Part shown: positions 60,430 through 64,000 of the stretch, piece after piece
How positions within the stretch are numbered: position 1 is the stretch's first letter
How the letters are laid out: each line of letters opens with the position of its first letter
Source of the DNA: Takakia lepidozioides
Lineage: Eukaryota > Plantae > Bryophyta
DNA length: 64,000 bases
Direction: 5' to 3'
Assembly (NCBI GenBank): GCA_030704615.1
Contig: CM060733.1
Coordinates: 42,160,001 to 42,224,000 of the forward strand
Notes under the pieces: generated by a model
What the model was told of the DNA's origin: nothing
What the model saw: only the letters and a program-made list of their open reading frames with translations
Database searches by the model: none
Made by a program: the position numbers and the translations under genes

Positions 60430-63400
60430 CTTGAAAGAAACCCAGGCATATACGAGAGATATTACAGAAGAAAATTTTGGTTATTGCCACATTAAAAAGA
60501 AATGAAAGACATGGGACATGAGTGATGAAAGAGAAGTTAGACGCCAGAGATATTCAGCAAAAAGAGAAAGCTATCTGAAAGCTAATTATCCATATCTTTG
60601 GGAGAGAGGAATAGACATAGGGGAATCATCTGGACCTCTCACACCATTAAGATCAAAGAGTACATCACCCATACCGGAAGAACTAGAGTTGGATGCCACT
60701 CCTTCTGTTTCTTTGCAAGAAAGATTAAGGGAATTGGTACGGGAAGAAGATCAATCACGAGGTGAAAGATCTGAGGTACATCCCTGGATAAAAGATTTGA
60801 CAGAAATCTTTGATAAGAGTTGGCATGGAACACCAAAAGCAGGAACTTCAGTTTCTGAAGCGGAAGGTGAAGAAGGAGGAGAGGATGTGGCAGAGCCAAC
60901 GGAGAGTTCAGACTCTCCAACACCTTTACAGTTGAGTTACATGAGTGAAGAAGAAACCCAAGGGCAGAACTTGGAGGATGAAAACAGAGAGAAGAAATTG
61001 GAAGAGGAAGAATATGAAGAAGTAGACCCAACAGCTGAGGTTGAGACTACAACCAGGACATCCCAACCCGTTGGACCTGGATCAAGTGGAGCACTTGGAT
61101 CACAGGCAACGAAGGTGTCGGCTCAGGGGGGTCAGGCGGGCTGCCTGGATCTGGCTCTGGGGGGACAGGGAGTGTGGGAAGTAGTGCAACTGAAGCTGGG
61201 AATACTGTGAATATCGTGGGGCCAGAAGCAGGGAGTGCTCAAGGGCCACCACTTGGTGGAAGATCCACCACAACAACAACAGGTCCAGAAGGACCAGCAC
61301 CAGCAAGGGTGCCAGCACCTGTCAGTGGACAGAAAGTAGGGCCACAGATGGCGTTACAACCACACGGGCAAACCACCTTTTCCAATATTCAGGAAAAGGG
61401 GATCCCGATGTACACATTAGCCAATTTGAGCACATGTGTATAGTGAACAATGAGAATGACGATGATGCCAAGATGAGATTGTTTCCTTGTTCACTTATCA
61501 AGAAAGCAAGTGAATGGTATGCAAGATTCCCTGATAATCATTTCCTAACCTGGAATGGCTTGAATACAATTCCGAAATAGGTTCAGGACAAGTAAAACTG
61601 AGGATGAAGTGTATGGAAGTTTACAACAGTTAAAGCAAAAGAAGCATGAAACTGTTGAGGAGTATATGGAAAAGATGGAATTGATGATGAAAAAGCTGGC
61701 TGCAGTACCAGCACCAGGTTTACAGAAGACTTAGTTTGTGAGTGGACTAAGACCAGAGTTGCAAAAGAAAGTGTAGATATGTTACCCCATAATACAGTGG
61801 AGGAGGCATTTGAAACTGCAAACAGAATTGAGCAATTGGGAATGCTCAGGAGAGAGAAAAGGGATGATGAGGACTCTGAGGATGAGTCAGATGAAGAAGA
61901 GAGCAAGAACTAAAAAGGAAGAGTAAGAGAAAGGAGAAGTTGAAGAGGGATAACTATGAGGAAAGATTGGAAGAAATCTTGAAGAAGTATGTCACAGAGG
62001 TTGCAACACATTGGAGGAAGGGTGTATGGTGTGCAAAGTGCCAGAATGAAGGCCATACCCCACAGAATGCCACATGAAGGAGAAACACTGTACTATCTGT
62101 AAAATGGATAACCATTCTACTGAGAATTGTTACTACAACAGAAGGACAGCTGCAAGAGAACCTAGGCAAGTAAGGGTGCATCAGGTGCAGCCCCAGCCAA
62201 GAAGAAACAATGATCAGGACCACTATGGTAGGTCTGGTGGTTATAACAATGGCATGGAAGGGAGAGGTAATTCAAGAGGAAATTACCAAGGAAAATTCCA
62301 GAGGCAACTATCAGGGTAATCCAAGGGGGAATTACCAGCCCGGGAATCAGGATTACAGAAATAATCCAAGAACAGACTAAGGGCGAGGACCCAATGGTGA
62401 AGAACTATGTTAATATTGTAATCAGCCAGGACATCGCAAGGCAACCTGTTCATTCTGGATTAGACACAGAATGAGATGAGAGCTCCTGTGAATGAGGGCC
62501 CAGTGTGTGGCAGCTCACATGGTTAGGCCATGTGTTGTACCAGAAGTAAGTACAATGATAGTAACAGAAGCAAAGCCAAACTAATACCTCCAGTAGTTGA
62601 GGAAGAGGATGATAATGAAGGTGGCAGTGATATGCCTGAAGATGATGAGGCTTGGAGAGATGAGAAGGAACTGCACAAGGAAGTGGCATATACCATAAGG
62701 GAAATGCAGAAGAGTACTGATATTCTGTGGCAGATTCCTCTGATTCTGATGGAGAAGAAGAAGTGAGTGAGGATGAAAGGAAGAAAGAAGAAGAAGAGAC
62801 ATGCAAAATAATGAAGGGACTTTGGCTGAAGTAATATGCCAGACCAAACCAGAGATTACCATTGGAGCTATTGGCTGTGGCACCTTATTGTAGACACAGG
62901 CTGTATCAACCAATCAATCGAATTGCCCAGAGACAGGAAACACAGACCTGAACAGCAATGTGACCAGTTATAATGTGAAACCGGAAGGGCGAGAAACAGT
63001 CATGGACTTTGATGATTCTATGCCAGTAATCCAATTGAGAATTGGAAGCATAGAACTAACTGATGTACTGATAGATGGAGGCTCAGGAGTAAATATCATG
63101 ACAAACCAATTAAGAAAGAAGCTTGGCCTAAGTAATATGAAACCAGCCCCATTTACAGTTAAATGGCAGATCAAAGAAGTGTACAGCCATTGGGATTAAT
63201 AAGAGGAGTTAAGATACAGATATAGAAGATGATCTTTATGATCACAGTAATTGTTGAAGATGGATGAAGTAATGGAGGCTTACTCCTTATTATTGGGACG
63301 TCCGTGGCTGAAACAGGCCAGGGTATTCCATGACTGGAATTCTCAGTTACTAACCGTGCATAATGGGATACACGAGATACAAATTACCACAAAGAAATCT

Positions 63401-64000
63401 AGTAGATTACCTGCTACGAGAAGACCTCGAGGAGTCGGAGAGTATGATTGGAGAGGAGGACGGGATGAGGAACATGAAGCTACCCTATTTGCTGCACACC
63501 CAGAGTGGGAGCAGGTTGCAGAGATGCGGCTGGAAGGCCTAAGTTGTTTAAGGGTATCTGCTGTGGTGTAGTGTCAACAACACCGATTGAAGAGGAAACC
63601 AGCAGTTACCCATCACATTTCTATGAAGAAAAAGAAGGAGAAATGGAAATCCTAGAGGAACCAGCCACTGTGAGTTTACAGGATGAAGTGGTGACTGGTT
63701 GGACAATCACAGCTGATGAGCAAGTGAGGGAAGTGAATGTGGGAACTAAAGAGGAACCGAGGATGATGAAGGTAGGAGCTGATTTGGAGCCAAAATTCTT
63801 TGAAGAAGCTAAGAGTTTGTTCATCAAATACAGAGATGTATTTGGTTGGAGCTATGAGGATTTAAAAGGGATACCACCTGAAATCTGTCAGCATAAGATT
63901 GAACTGGAAGGGTCAGTACCAATCAAGCAGGCAAGGTACAGAATGAATCCCAACTACGCACAGAAGGTTGGAGAAGAGATCAAGAAGTTGGCTGAGGCTA
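60430..64000 (+). mobile_element. Family B internal region (end of extra ORF, gag, protease, start of RT), heavily frameshifted; continues past the window
   Basis: Colinear with 15139-17189 and 21880-24720; VLIDGGSGVNI, LLLGRPWL, YRDVFGWSYEDLKGIPPEICQHKI. Confidence 0.9.

Overview
Eukaryotic heterochromatin-like window, probably from a non-seed land plant or streptophyte (inferred). It is made almost entirely of nested transposons, with a 500-N gap at 33881-34380. It holds (A) a decayed Ty3/Gypsy chromovirus (1-6598); (B) pieces of a Tat/Ogre-like Ty3/Gypsy family with extra ORFs; (C) a Ty3/Gypsy element whose pol region carries a cytosine-5 DNA methyltransferase between protease and RT and a PHD finger after integrase; (D) a short Copia-like LTR; and (M) five copies or fragments of a ~14.7-kb Mutator-like (MULE) DNA transposon. 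The full M copy (35339-50037; TIRs, 8-9 bp TSD) splits the gag of element C. M is the main candidate for a new system. Besides its DDE/SWIM transposase it carries a phase-consistent 10-exon gene (~1,400 aa) fusing a ParB/Srx-like domain (DGNHR) to a beta-class amino-methyltransferase-like domain. That gene is flanked by arrays of a 22-bp palindrome (GGAAATGCGGNNCCGCATTTCC), and the upstream array repeats at a 53-bp period. A second, diverged ParB-like gene (26809-27360) has its own upstream hairpin array (116-bp period) sharing the core TGCG-N4-CGCA. This suggests a transposon-borne ParB/parS-like protein-plus-cognate-site module coupled to DNA modification. All domain calls are by eye from motifs; no searches were run.
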